Positions 1 through 13,427 of a DNA stretch of 64,000 nt are shown in pieces. Position 1 is the first letter of the stretch. Each line of letters begins with the position of its first letter. Position numbers and translations under genes: made by a program. Under the pieces are notes generated by a model that searched no databases, was not told where the DNA came from, and was given only the letters and a program-made list of their open reading frames with translations. Origin of the DNA: Parasitella parasitica NRRL 2501 (Eukaryota > Fungi > Mucoromycota). The DNA lies in contig MU619303.1 of assembly GCA_025201805.1 (NCBI GenBank), positions 19,827 to 83,826 on the forward strand. The letters are read 5' to 3'.

Positions 1-1955
1 TACGCTACGAGTTGCCTATCCCAGCGCTCGTTTTAGATGAAGCCTTGGCTATTTTGGGTCCCTTCTCTGACCTGCTTCGACTTGCCGGTGCAGTATTCAT
101 CAAACGAGACCCCAATACTAGGTCGACGTTAACTACTGCTGTCACTTCAGCCTACCTTCAACATCTCATGCAGGAACACGGCGCAATGACACTGATACTG
201 GATAAAGTGAGATCAAGAACGGGCATCTTCCAAAAACCTTACCAGGATGGGCTTGTGGATATGATTATTGGCCAAGATGTTGTATTTATTCCCATCAATG
301 TGTCATACGAGGAAGTACCTGATATTGTATTGCTGATCGCACAAGATTTGCAAACGAGCAAGAGGAAATCACAACACAATGGCAACAATAATGGTATACA
401 AAGATCGGCCTCCCATCGCATGTCGACACCTACCAAAGTGTCAAGGCCCAGCGAAAGTCGATCCCATCGTGTACGAAGCCGCAGCTTGAATGGATGGCAA
501 GAAGAACAAAAGACGAAGTCAGGAGCTGAGCAACAAGCGATGCATTGTGGCAGATTGCTTGTAGGTTTTGGGCAGCCAATTTCGGTGGATGGCAGTGTTG
601 TTGGGGCGCAATGGGCGGATACGATCCAGAAAGAGCAAAAGAGAGCGACGGTCATCAGTCCAATTTCACTGGTGGCATCAATTTTGCTATATAGCCGAGT
701 CAGAGGAAACTGCATTGATTTACAGACAATGAAGGACTATTTGGAGTATTTGCGCGTCTTTGTAAAGAGCCAAAGCATTGCAATGGATTGGCAAGGTAAG
801 CATGCCAAGATAAAAAGGAGCATTCGGTTTAACAGATTGCGCTGTGGGTATTACAAAGACTTTGAAGACACGGAAACTATCATATTTTACAACATACGGT
901 TATTGGAAAAGACTTCGAATTTGGTTACATGGGACGAACGAAACAGTGGATTTACGTTTAAAATTAGCACTAAATCGGAAAGCATACTACAGCTGGCATA
1001 CTACGCAAACCAGGTAAGCCTCTCAAGTGCTGTTTTGTGTGTAGCATGCTGCTAACGTTTCGTAACATCTAGGTGCGCGAGCTGTTTGTCTTGGACTCCA
1101 TCTTTGCGAGCACTTATCTGTCATTTGGTAGCTTAACAAAGGTTGCTGAAATGATTTTTATCGAGAGATTCGAGTTCTTGGCAACCTTATTTCAGTATCA
1201 CTTTGAAACGTCGTGGAACATTAAAGAGGAATACCAGAGATTGAAGCTAAAGTACCAAGAGTACATGGGCGGAAACGAGGGCACTTTGGAGAGAATAGTA
1301 ACCAAGGTCAATCTCAGTAAAAAGTACAACCAGTTTGGTCTGTTGGCATCTTTTATCTACCCCATCCTTGATTCGTTCTGGGTCACTTTGTGTGCATTGT
1401 CGTCGCTGAATGATGTCAAAGCCTTACCATTGTCTTTGGTACCAACCCTATCTCAGTGGATAGGCATGCATTTGATCAGCGGTAGAAGAACCATCTACAG
1501 CGAGGTTCTATCCACTGAATACAATCAAAACACTCTACAGACTTTGGTTCAGTGGGGATTATTGAGTAAGAAATCAACAAAGCTAATCCTCTCTCCCGAT
1601 GCTCAAATGCTGATGCAGGCACTGGGACTATCTACCAATGAAGATTTGATCATTTTAGAGGTAAATCACTTTAAAAGCAGTGCATTCGTCCAGCCATTGA
1701 CAGTATTTTTAGCATGAATCTGATGAAATTGCTGAACTGTGTAAAAAAGTTGAACAGCTACGAAAACGAGACGAAGACGACAGTTTATCCAGATATATTT
1801 ACGAGAAATGCCAAAATCAAATCAGATCATTAGCCAAAAAGTCCACGTCTTTCAGCAAAAAGCAGGGTGCGACTGTAGTTGAAGAGAAAGAAGAAGCCAT
1901 GATTCAGCTTGGCTATGCTTTACTACAAAGCATGGACAATAACGCTACCCTTTGA
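1..1955 (+). CDS. Glycerol-3-phosphate/DHAP acyltransferase (GPAT/DHAPAT)-like protein, 5' part outside the window
   Basis: Acyltransferase blocks II GAVFIKR, III-like DKVRSRTG and IV FIPINVSYE, plus C-terminal LAYYANQ and FIYPILDSFW. Introns 796-858, 1014-1072 and 1661-1712 join the ORFs; stop TGA at 1953-1955. Confidence 0.75.
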
Positions 1956-2202
1956 CAACGAGAATAAGACCACTGTAGTTACACGTGAACAATAGCGTCA
2001 TTTGTACTGTAAAACATTCCCTTTTTCGGCAATCTGACAAAGAATCTTGATAGATTTATTAGGTGTAGTGCCAAAAGATAACATCATTGCTGGGCGATCC
2101 CAAACATTCAATTTTGAAACCCATTTAATAAAGGTAATTTACCAAAATGAAGTAGTTTGCTCTTCTTTACTGTTCTCTGGGGAGATAATAAACATACACA
2201 AA

Positions 2203-3595
2203 ATGGCATTATTCACAAGCAATAATTCAAGGTCTAAAGTCAACATACTTTTACTTTTGTTTGCAACTTTTATTGTGTATTGCATCTATATCATTTCATA
2301 CAACCTGCCAACCACGACCACAGCTAGACATGAATCATCCACCAGCATCCCAACTAGAAACCCTAAATCTGATATCTGCAAAACTGATCAGGTTCTGCGA
2401 AATGTCGATCCCAACCACACAAATGCTCATATCGAATTTTGGAGACATTTGAACGAAGCGACGATTCAAGTATACAAGAAACGATGGCAAAAGTTTGTTT
2501 CTAGTGTCGAGCACACGCACATGCCTCGTGGTGTGTCGGGTCGAGGTATTGTGCTGGTTGCTGGCAACGGAGATACATTCGACCGCGCATTGACAACAAT
2601 TAAATTGCTGCGACATTTGCAGCGTTGCAAGCTAAATATCGAAGTGTGGCACTTGTCTGATGAACAACCCTCCCAAGCAATGAGGCAAGAGCTTGAAGAC
2701 TTGGGTGCGACACCAAGAGATTTATCAGATCCTCAGCTAGTTCGGCCCATCATTCATCGAAGAAATGCAGACAAGCAATTTCAAATCAAAGCAGCTGCTG
2801 TCATCAATTCTGCTTTTAAAGAAGTGTTATACCTTGACTCTGACAATGTGCCGGCTCAGGACCCAACATTTTTGTTTGACACGCCTGAATACAAATCCAT
2901 GGGTGCTTTGTTCTGGCCCGACTTTTGGTATGTATGCTTGTGGACGAAACAAATGAACCCAAGTGACTTATGCTTATTATAGGAAAACTCATGGCGATAA
3001 CAAGATTTTCAATGTACTCGACATTCCATGTGAGGATGAGTGGGAGCAAGAGTCTGGACAAATGGTGATTGACAAAGAAAAGTCTTGGGTCCCATTGCAA
3101 TTAGCCTGGTACATGCAAAAGCATTATGAAATATACTTTCAGTTCTTGAACGGCGACAAAGATACGTTCAAATATGCCTGGAAAGCGTTAAATAAGCCGT
3201 ACCACATGGCAGAAGCTTTTCTTGGTATGGCTGGTACTATGGTCAATAATCGATTTTGCGGCCATACAATGCTTCAATACACTCCTACCAGTGACCAAGA
3301 CGACGATCGAATATTGTTTGTGCATGCAAACTTGCTCAAGATTACCGACAAGAATCATTTCATCCATGGTGATCAGCCTGAGCATCCTTGGGATTTGGCA
3401 AAGAGATCTACCATGAATCATGCCAACACCTGGATTAAGCCAGAATTTTATATTTCGAATCAAGGGCAAGCTTGTATGGATTTCACTCATCGCCAAGGTG
3501 AACCAGATGCCATTACTGAAGATTTCGATTATGTTTTACCGGATTTCCAGGCTAATTACTTCAAGTTTGGGGGGATCGGTGGCGAAACAAGATAA
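2203..3595 (+). CDS. Golgi alpha-mannosyltransferase, GT71 (MNN2/MNN1 family)
   Basis: N-terminal TM anchor; motifs GRGIV, KAAAVINSAFKEVLYLDSDN, ALFWPDFW, EQESGQMVIDK, GDKDTF, FVHAN. One intron at 2928-2982. Confidence 0.9.
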
Positions 3596-4256
3596 TGACG
3601 ATTGTGAATGGAACCATTACAAGCCCAATGCACCAAGTGGTTATTGATCATCTATTTGTTAAATAAATCTCTTGGCTGCTGTTTCAACTCTGAACACCCA
3701 AAAAAAGATATCGCTAGTTGCTGTGGAATACACATTGTGTATTTGATCTGACCTTGAGTAGAAAAACTTATCAAATTACTTTGAATATATAGCGAAAAAA
3801 AAAAAAAAAAAAAAGTAGTTTGTGAATTTCGTTTCAAGTATATTTCATTGCCAAAAAGAATTAGCAGGAAAGGCGATTTATTATGGCAAGCATTCAAGCT
3901 GATATATTGAAGAGCAAAAGTCTGTTATTTCATTGTTATTGTTTTAGTCAAAATATAACTACTTTTGCATATAAACCTTGATATAAGCATTGCCCAGCTG
4001 AAAATAAGATTGCGGTGTCAGACAACTATTATAAGGTGTAATTTGGTTCGTTCTTCATACCTTAAAAGCATGTAACAGAAACGACAAGGAATATACCAAA
4101 TAAAACCGACTCAAGGGTAGGATATGTGTCTAATTTTGGATAGGCAGGGCGTGAAGCTGCACAGACCAAAATGACCTGCGTTTTTACGCTGTCATAGTCC
4201 TAAGCCCACAATGGGTTGAAATTTTTAAATCTTAAACATTTACTTGTGTGTCAAAT

Positions 4257-5189
4257 ATGTTAAAGTCAATTTTTCGAGTCAAACCCATTAATGCTAGGCT
4301 GTTCTCGAGTGAGAATAGTGCTCCAGTAGCAGCAACAGCCAACTGGGTGCCCAAGAAACGTGTATCTAGACCTACTATGGAGAAAATCCGAACTTTAGCA
4401 GCCTCTGTAAACCATACGATACATATTAAAAGCCATAATTGGGACTAAAGAAATTGTTTTACATAGCAACCTGAAGTGTACAACACTGTGTCCTTATCCA
4501 AAGAATTCAAGTTGTCTGTTGAAGCTGTACGACGAATTCTAAAATCCAATTATGTGCCTCAAGAACAAGACGCCGAAAGACAAGAAAGCAACCGCTACAG
4601 AGCAATGGGCGATCGTAGAAAAGAGTTTAAAAAGGTCTACAACATTCCTGAGGACAATCCCAAGACATTTTGGAATAAAAAGACAACTTCGAAGGAACTA
4701 GATTTTTCGACTAGAAGAGAAGAAAGAGGAGGAAAAAACATGTGGTCAAATTCTGTATACAAGAGAAGATCTTTTGATGACAGTGCTAGTAGATTCGATA
4801 TTGACAAGGATAACCGACCTCAAAGACATTTCGATAATTATGAGCCAAATGTTCATTCAAGACGAAATTCATATAGTAGGGATGATCAGAAAAGAAATGT
4901 GGTTAGTGGCGATGCTCGAAGAAATTTTGATCAAAGACAATCTTTCAGAAGAGGTCGTAATGGTGGCAATTATGGAGAGACATCTTACAGAAAAGATAGA
5001 TTTAATGCTAATGAAGGACGAGAAAACAAACCCTTTGGACGGTTCACTAATGAAAATAGATCATTCAATGATAAAAGATCCTTCGAACGAAACGACCGTT
5101 ATCAAGACACTGGTAAACGACCATTTAATCGTCAAAGAGACAACAACAATGCAGCAGGTGACCGCAGATTCCCTTCTAACCAGAGATGA
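4257..5189 (+). CDS. RRG9: Rrg9/neugrin-family mitochondrial protein with an R/D/N/F/G-rich tail
   Basis: Presequence-like N-terminus; KRVSRPTMEKIRTL..P....LSKEFKLSVEAVRRILKS is the Rrg9 signature. Intron 4407-4466. Confidence 0.8.
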
Positions 5190-5258
5190 TGTGATTGATG
5201 AAAAATGTACCAAATGATTCAACCAATAAAAGCAACAACGACGCGCGTTAATTTCTTC

Positions 5259-5308
5259 ATGTGTGTATGTGTGTGTATGTGTGTGTATGTGTGTGTGTGT
5301 GTGAGAGA
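5259..5308. repeat. Compound (TG)n/(TGTGTGTATG)n microsatellite
   Basis: gtgtgtatgt repeated three times, then (gt)n and (ga)n, between the convergent RRG9 and NHP6 3' ends. Confidence 0.9.
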
Positions 5309-5392
5309 AACAAGAATATTCATGAATGGGTTTTTATTTAATTTAGCCAAGGAATATATCATTAAACTATATGGACATTATAGGGTTTTGAT

Positions 5393-5760
5393 TTATTTAT
5401 TTTTAGCAGCCTTCTCGTCTTCATAACGGCTCTTGTCAGCTTTAGCTTTATCATCATAGGGCTAAATGAATTTTTTTTAGTGGTTAATTTTAGTAGAGGT
5501 GAGGGGAGCTAACCTTCTTTTCTTTAGCATCCAGGCCCTTCCATTTTTCACCAAGAAGCTTACCAATAGTACCTAATAAATAGAAATTAAGATGCTGCAT
5601 AGTGGGATGAGATGAATCCGAGGTAGGTACCAAATGAAGCATCGGGGTTCTCTTCCTTGATTTTAGCACGATTTTCTTGAGAAAAGAACATGTAGGCAGA
5701 TAAACTACGCTTGGGAGCAGCAGGATCTTTCTTTGATCTTGGTTTGGTAGCTTTGGGCAT
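5393..5760 (-). CDS. NHP6: Non-histone HMG-box protein Nhp6
   Basis: Spliced translation [85 protein letters not shown]. Two coding introns; an AG directly precedes the ATG, suggesting a 5'UTR intron. Confidence 0.93.
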
Positions 5761-6885
5761 CTACACAATGAAAAGATGAGTTTTTCGCTTGCTGATGCGA
5801 ATTTTAAACTCATCATTAGATGTATATACAGTGTGTATTCGATTTGCTTCAATGAAATGAATTCATGATATAGCAATACAAGAAATAAAAAGGAGATTAA
5901 CTAGTTATTTATATGGTCAATTGAAAACCGCGTTGAATAGAAAATAATGATTTTCGTAAATGTATGGATGGAGGAAGGGGATGGAGGTATTGGGAAGGCA
6001 AATGTTTAATTTTTTTAAAAAAAAATTAAAAAAAAAAAAAAATATCGCTTACACACTGTATAGTGTTCAATGAGAGGAGCTTTTATCTCTTACCTTGTTT
6101 CAACACTAGAAAGTTGTGTGAGAGAGAATAAGTGTAAAAAAAATAAGGTGAGTGTTCAGAGCGGTAAAAAATAGCAGTGTAGAAGGGAGGGCAGGTAGTT
6201 GCAGCTACCAGTAAGATTCAAGATGGTATCAGGATGTCCAATCATTCCTGTATTGCTGCATCCTTACAGTCACGTATAAAGGAGGGATGAGGAAGGATGG
6301 GGGAATGGCATAGCACAGCCGAAGGAAAAATCTTCCAAAACAGTCGTATTACTCAACAAAACAACACCAAAACACGTGTATCACTATAAACTAAGCCTTT
6401 GAAGCAATTATTAGCATGATGTTTTTCATCATAACATGAAGATGATAACAATAGTTTTATTCACTTTCTTACAAATGTAAATGTTGATAAAATTAGTTCA
6501 ATCCGAGACACGCAACGTATGTTGAAATTTTCTTTTGCGCATTTAGATCACAATTGAGCTTTTTTTTTTTTTTTTTTAGTTCGTTTACATCAAGAAGCTG
6601 TTGGATTCCTTGTTTGGGAAGTATTCGTATTATTGCCGATTTGCTGTTTACCTCGCTTCTCTATATACTTGCTTTCATCAGACATAATCCAATCAGTCTC
6701 CTGTTAAGATAGCTTTAGTATCTTTCATATTACAAATTTGATTCTAATGATATAAAAATAAAGCAGCATTGAGTTGCTGATAAAAATATACAAATGTCAA
6801 CGCTTTCAAAATCCGTTTCAATAAGGATTATAATGTCCTTTGTACGTACATTTACTCGCAACAGAGCAATTTAAATTTAGGGACC

Positions 6886-6924
6886 GTTGCTATGGTTACA
6901 TGTTACATTTGTTCTCATAGCAAC
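6886..6924. promoter_or_regulatory. Two tandem RFX-type X-box motifs
   Basis: GTTGCTATGGTTAC (6886-6899; reverse complement GTAACCATAGCAAC) and GTTCTCATAGCAAC (6911-6924) both fit GTHNYY-AT-RRNAAC, about 350 bp upstream of the class IV chitin synthase. Confidence 0.5.
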
Positions 6925-7274
6925 TACAGCCAAATGGACATTGTCAGGTATTCAAACAAGTTTCAAACCATCCCTCAGCAAATGTCGAATAAATAAATAT
7001 CTTAAATTGGTAACGTTTAGCTCAGCTGAAAAATAAAATAATAAGGTTCGCCGCCCCATTTCAGGAACATATTGGTCCCAAAATCCAAGACATATATCGC
7101 TTTTAATTCAGTCAAAAAAAATTATTTTTAAACGTCAATTGGAGCCATCAAATGCGTATATTTTGCCCATCATACAGAATTATTCCTCCTTCTTATCTTT
7201 TTCACTTGTTTTTTTTATTTCTTTTCTATTTGCATAGAATTTGAATCTTAAAAACAAAAAATAAAAGACAGGAC

Positions 7275-10200
7275 ATGTCAAACACACCACATCAAATTAA
7301 TGGAGATAACCATTTTAATAATGCATATAACAACAGCAATAATCAACATGTCCACCCTCAGTATCACAATGGGTCATCTAACTTGATTGACCAAAATAAT
7401 ACGAATCGACAAAGACCATCCCAAAATTACATGTACCAACAACAACATAATTTACCCGGAGGTGCTGCTACTACCACTGCTATTAATAGAATGCCTCAAC
7501 CAGCAAGACCATTCAATGGTGTCACCTCAACTCACTTGCAGCCAAGCCCATATCATAGAGAATCTAGCAATATCAATAGATCTAAATCACTGACCAGACC
7601 GGAGCGTCAGAGGCCAAGACCTGGCATGATCAATGCCTCCAACAATCTCGGAGCAAGCCAACGTCGTACATCCGGCTTGAACCATCGTAGAAGCAACTAT
7701 GGCCACACCGGAGACATCTCTCATAACACACATAATCAGCCAATGTCAAATAACTTGCAAACGCAGCTGGCACAACAAAAACAGCAACTGAATCATGGTG
7801 CAGTGCCTGTTGCCAGTAACATTTCTGACGTGAGTGAAGAGAAAGAGGAAAAAGAACCCAGTCCACTCAATAACTGGTGGGCGTGGATTGCGTTTCTGTG
7901 CACATGCTGCTTTCCTAATTATATCATTCGTGTTTGGTTTGGTAAACCAAACAAAAACATGCAGCAAGCATGGAGAGAAAAGGTATGCACAAACACAAGT
8001 TTTTATTTTTTTTATTTTGCAAGAGATTAATTCAAATTAGGTGACATTGTGTTACTTGGTGGGCTGTTTGTGTGGATTGTTGGCATACGTTATCTACGGT
8101 TTAAATGTTGATCTATGTCCAAGAGATAGATTAAGTTATCCTTACTCTGCCATCAGCGCACAGGGTGTTCGTGTGCCCTCTCAAAGAGAACAAGTTTCTG
8201 TATTCGGCCAGGTCTTCCAGTTTGATACTATGCAAGGCTACTTTTCATCTATCAATATGAATTTAACCTCGGATTTCCAAGGAATGGAGCTTGGCTCCGT
8301 CTTCGATAGTGATACAAAAGGTTACTGTACTCCATTCAAGCAAGGCGACGTTGATCCCACTCTTCCTAGCTGCTCAGTCACAAGCCCCTATGGCGCTACA
8401 TTGCGACAAGCAAATGGCTCGTGTGTTCCTCTTGATAGCTTGCATAGATACAGCAACAATGATGATAGAATCAGCTTTGACTGGGCAGATATCCACACAA
8501 GTCTTTCCGAAAGGGAGAATTCAGACATGGTGATCATTGGGGACAGTGTCCTGAACATGACATCTTATTTCCAAAAGAATGACCCTTCCATCTTTGGTGA
8601 ACAAGTAGATAGAGCTATTCGAATTTCTCGTGGAAATGACTTGACCTATGCTCTTTTGTACACTCCAGCGGGAAAGAATGCACGCCATTGTATTGCTGCG
8701 AGATATACAGTTGGCACTGCATCTCAAGAAGCCGCAAGTTGTATTGCTGATAACATTATCATGACAGTTATGTTTGCAGTTATCATTATTATCATTATTA
8801 TTCGTTATTCCATGGCTTGTCTCTTCCAATGGTTCATTAGTCGTAGATTGACGACACCAGGTGGTCGATCTAACTGGTTGGCTTGGCGTTCTATTAAAGG
8901 AGGCAATAATGATCCTGCCAACCACATTCCGGGCCCATACAACAACTATGGTCTCATGGCACAAGGATCTGTCAACTCATTTAGCAGCGGCTCTGCAAAC
9001 AACAACAGCAGCAACGGCAACCCAACACTAAGCGTTCAAAGCTCTAATCATGGTCTTAATGGTCATCGTACAGACATTGTGGAAACCGAATTGTATACTG
9101 TCATGTTGGTTACATGTTATTCAGAAGGTGAAGAGGGCTTACGAACTACTATGGATAGCTTATCGAACACTACTTATTCCAACAAGCACAAAATCTTTTT
9201 CGTTATTGCGGATGGCTTGATTACGGGGGCAGGCGAAACCATGTCTACGCCTGATATCGTTGTGAATATGATGGATTTGACTCCTGCCATGACTAACCCT
9301 AAACCTTGCTCTTATCTTGCTGTTGCCGATGGTGAAAAGCAACTAAACATGGCCAAGGTATACGCAGGCCATTACAACGGAACTGCCTGTGTTACCATTG
9401 TAAAATGTGGTACTGAAGAAGAACAGCAAGGCCCAAAACCTGGAAATCGTGGTAAACGTGATTCTCAAGTTATCTTGATGTCGTTCTTCCAGCGCGTATT
9501 GTTCAATGATCGTTTCTGTGAACTGGATTATGAGATATTTTGGAAAATGACTTGGTTGATGAAGGGCGTTACGCCTGATAAATTTGAAACAGTATTGATG
9601 GTGGATGCAGATACTCAAGTGCTTCCCGAGGCCCTGACTTATATGGTCGCTGCTATGGCGAATGATATCACTATTATGGGACTTTGTGGCGAAACACGCA
9701 TTGCTAATAAGCGTGCTTCTTGGGTCTCTGCAATTCAAGTGTTTGAGTACTACATTTCTCATCATTATACAAAGGCGTTCGAGTCTTTGTTTGGTATGGT
9801 CACTTGCTTGCCAGGTTGTTTCAGTATGTATCGTATTAAATCGCCTAAAAACGGGTCCTGGGTCCCCATTTTGGCTAACCCAGACATCATTATGGAATAC
9901 AATCAAAATGTGGTTACTACACTCCACGAAAAGAACCTGCTGCTCCTTGGTGAAGATCGCTTCTTGTCTACTCTGATGCTGCGTACATTTCCCAAACGCC
10001 AAATGATGTTTGTGCCCAATGCTCGTTGTCGTACAGTAGTTCCCGATGAATTTGGTGTATTACTGTCTCAGCGTCGTCGATGGATCAACTCTACAGTACA
10101 CAATTTAATGGAATTGGTGCTGGTATCTGATCTCTGTGGCATCTCTTTCTTGTCCATGCAATTTTCTGTGTTTATTGATTTGATCGGTACATTTGTTCTT

Positions 10201-10710
10201 CCTGCAGCCATTGTCATGTCTATTTATTTGATTGTTGAAACTGCCATCACACCCAACCCTCAATGGCAATCGCTTGGTCTTTTGATTGCTATCCTAGTTT
10301 TGCCTGCGGTCTTGATTACAATCACTACATTGAAGTTTGTCTATGTGTTGTGGATGATTAGTAAGTGCGTCATAGCGTATATTTGTTTTGCAGTAATTGA
10401 CTCGTGTATTTTAGTTTATATTTGCGCTTTACCCATTTGGAACATGGTGTTACCCTTGTATTCATTCTGGCATTTTGATGATTTCAGCTGGGGCGCTACT
10501 CGTGTAGTCGTGGGCGAAAAGAAGGGGGATTCACATGGTGATGCAGACGGCAAATTTGACTCAAAGAGATTGGTCTTGAAGAAGTGGGAGGATTGGGAAG
10601 CAGAGCGTACTGGCCATCGTCAAAGTCGTAAATTCCACCTTAAAACGCCTCAGCAGGATGTATTTTCTGCATTTGATGGTGTAAAGTATCACTCTCCATT
10701 CTTTAAATAA
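7275..10710 (+). CDS. Chitin synthase, class IV (CHS3-like, division 2), GT2
   Basis: [70 protein letters not shown]. Introns about 7983-8040 and 10361-10413. Confidence 0.95.
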
Positions 10711-12410
10711 CGTTTCGTTTGCTTTTTAGAACATCATATCCTCTCATTTCTTTAGGCAGTAATTATTTTGTATTCTTTCTTGTAATATATATATCGTAGT
10801 TGATAATTAAAACTCTTGATAAGCATTTTGGCAAAGTCAAATTGGAATCTCGAACGGCATATCATCCTGTCTATATATTAACTAATTTTCTGCGCTCTAG
10901 GAATACTACTCGCATGTGCAACAATCATGATGCTAAAAATAGCTCTGTCAGATTGCGGATGTTTTACATTAACTCATATATGTCATTTAATATACACCAT
11001 TATACCTTGGTTCAGTGAACCGTTTAACCATGCAACCCACAGAGAGATAAGCCCCACGGTACAGATGTATATTAGTCTTATAGCATATATCCATTTACAT
11101 GAATTGTTCAACATTTTACTAATCGATAATATATATTGGTTTTATAATATTATACAGAAACCCGGATACCACCAATTTTTTTTTGTTTTTGTTTTTGTTT
11201 GAGAAATTTGATCGATTGTGATGCTAGATTCAGCATGCCACGCTGCTCTTCAATCACCGTTTGACACGATATGAGAAGTCGATAATGATATTTGCCTCAG
11301 TGAGATACAAGTTTCTCAACGATAAAGAGTAAACTTTTTAATTTTGTCATTAATTTGAATTAATCAAGTATAATAAGACCTAATGGTTCATATCTTTGGA
11401 TACTGTAGGCTCTCCACTATAGTACCAACTAGCCCATATGTCGATCAGCTGCAGTAATTGGCCAGGAAGCTTATTTACATCTATTAGTAATTTTTATTAT
11501 ACACGAACAACTTTAAAACAATTATTCTTTAAAGAGAGTTGTTCTTTTTATACTGGTTAGTCTATACCAGTAAATTTCTTATAAAAAAGCATATACATAT
11601 CTTTATTTTTTTTTTTTTTTTAATAAAGCGTGTTATATCAAAAGAGCCTTCATATTAGACCCTGGACCAAGACACCTAGACGACAAGCACTAATGCATGT
11701 ATTACACGGTACATTTAAATGTACATTATTTAGCCAAACACTTTATTGACACATAATGCCTTTAAAAGTTCATCAATAAAAGCTGTTATTTCTGCACAAA
11801 GAAAAGTAGTGGATTGGAAATGGTGTTTAATAAGATTTATAAAATCGTAAAGCTGCCTTTTATCTCCTGGTATGATTTTGTATAAGGATGAATGCCCTTG
11901 AAAATTGACGAGGATGCCAACCAAGCAACAAGTTATGCTTAGTTTGGATTTGTCGTCTTAATCATCACAATCCCATTTTCTGTGGATCGCCCAACGTTAA
12001 CAAGCAATACAGTGAGCCTCAACTGATGACAAATGACACCTTGAGCCGACTTTATTGTACAATCTGTTGATAAGGATCGCCGTTCCATGGCCCAAAATAA
12101 AAGGAACAGGAGCACGCAATTGAACAATTTCGAGCCAATCCAAAGCTTGATTGCATTTGTCTACTACTCAAATTGACACTGTGAGACGCTAATGTCTCGC
12201 TCTTTATACAAGTTTGACGTGACCTAATGCATATCCCATTGGCCGTGGATAGCTCTAAAACGTCACTTTTACCTGATAGCCATGGCATATAAAAAAAAGG
12301 AGACAAAGAGGAAGCCCGAAATTAAAAAAAAAAAAAAAGCACTCTCACCCTTTTTTCCCTTTCTTTTTCAACATAAAGGATTTTATCAATTCTAACCAAA
12401 AGTCTTCAAC

Positions 12411-13427
12411 ATGACCACGCTTTTATCAAACATGCAATTGATAAACCAACAACAAAAGGATACCCTGCAAAGATTCATTCAATCAAGGACTGTCGGTGAT
12501 GTTTTGGACAAAGCCAAGCCTGGCCTCCGTGATTTGGTTGATCTCCCTCTGACCTGCACTGTGGAAGATGCCTTGGATCTGCTTTTAGCCAAGGACATTT
12601 TATCCGTTCCAATCTATCATATTGAAGGCAATGAAAAGAAGTATGTTGCCATTGTAAGTGCTTTGGATTTACTCAAGTTGCTGAGTGCAAAGGTAAACGT
12701 GTAAAAAAAAAAAAAAAAAAAAAATTTGTGTAATGATCGTGAGAAATTAAAAAACGGGCAGGTCTCCATAGAGACGTTGCAATCAAACAGTGACACCCTG
12801 TTAATGCAGCTAAGCGAAGCTATATCCATTTCAGAGCCATTGGCTATTCTCAAGACAACTGATAGCTTGGATCAACTTCTCCCTCTTCTGAGCGTTGAAA
12901 AGGTTCACCGCGTCTTGGTTCAACAAGCCTCTTCCTCAAACTTTGTGTTACTTTCTCAAATGGACTTGATCCGCTTTTTTCAAGCGAATAATCATCACAT
13001 TGGCTCGTCCGTGTTGGATCTACCTGTAGATAAAATCAAGTCTTCCGGCATCAGATCAAGCATTAATTTCAAATGTACGGCAGCGGTGGCTTTTTTAAAA
13101 TTAGCTGCTGACGCACATATCAGTGCGCTTCCTATAGTTGATGATAATAACGACCTTATCGGGGAGATCAGCGCCCAAGATTTACGTGGTTTGAACAGAA
13201 ACCGATGGGATTCACTCTTGAAGCCTGTTGTGATGTATTTAAAGGCTAGCCATGGCGATTTGTATGCTCCATTAACTTGCCATGATCGCTTCACACTGTC
13301 CCAAATTATGTCGGCTTTTGTCTTGCGTAAAACACATCGGCTTTGGTGGATGAATTACGAAACTGGGGAACTGAGAGGCGTTGTTACATTGACTGATATT
13401 TTGTCCACTTTTACATCAATACATTAA
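12411..13427 (+). CDS. CBS-domain protein (SNF4/Sds23-like, four CBS repeats)
   Basis: ILSVPI, VHRVLV..LSQMDLI, ISALPIVD..LIGEISAQDLRG, HRLWW..GVVTLTDIL. Intron 12693-12761. Confidence 0.85.

Noticed and set aside
5393-5760. HMG-box gene as the Mucorales sex locus (sexP/sexM)
   Set aside because: The sequence is a typical Nhp6 ([17 protein letters not shown]), and the flanking tptA/rnhA genes are absent.
5775-5817. ATGATGA in the NHP6 intron as a C/D snoRNA C box
   Set aside because: No properly placed CTGA D box follows before the acceptor; the motif is part of the hairpin stem.
9343-10002. Long antisense ORFs (also 22276-22770, 43118-43648, 54976-55476)
   Set aside because: They are shadows of conserved sense-strand genes and carry no domain signal.
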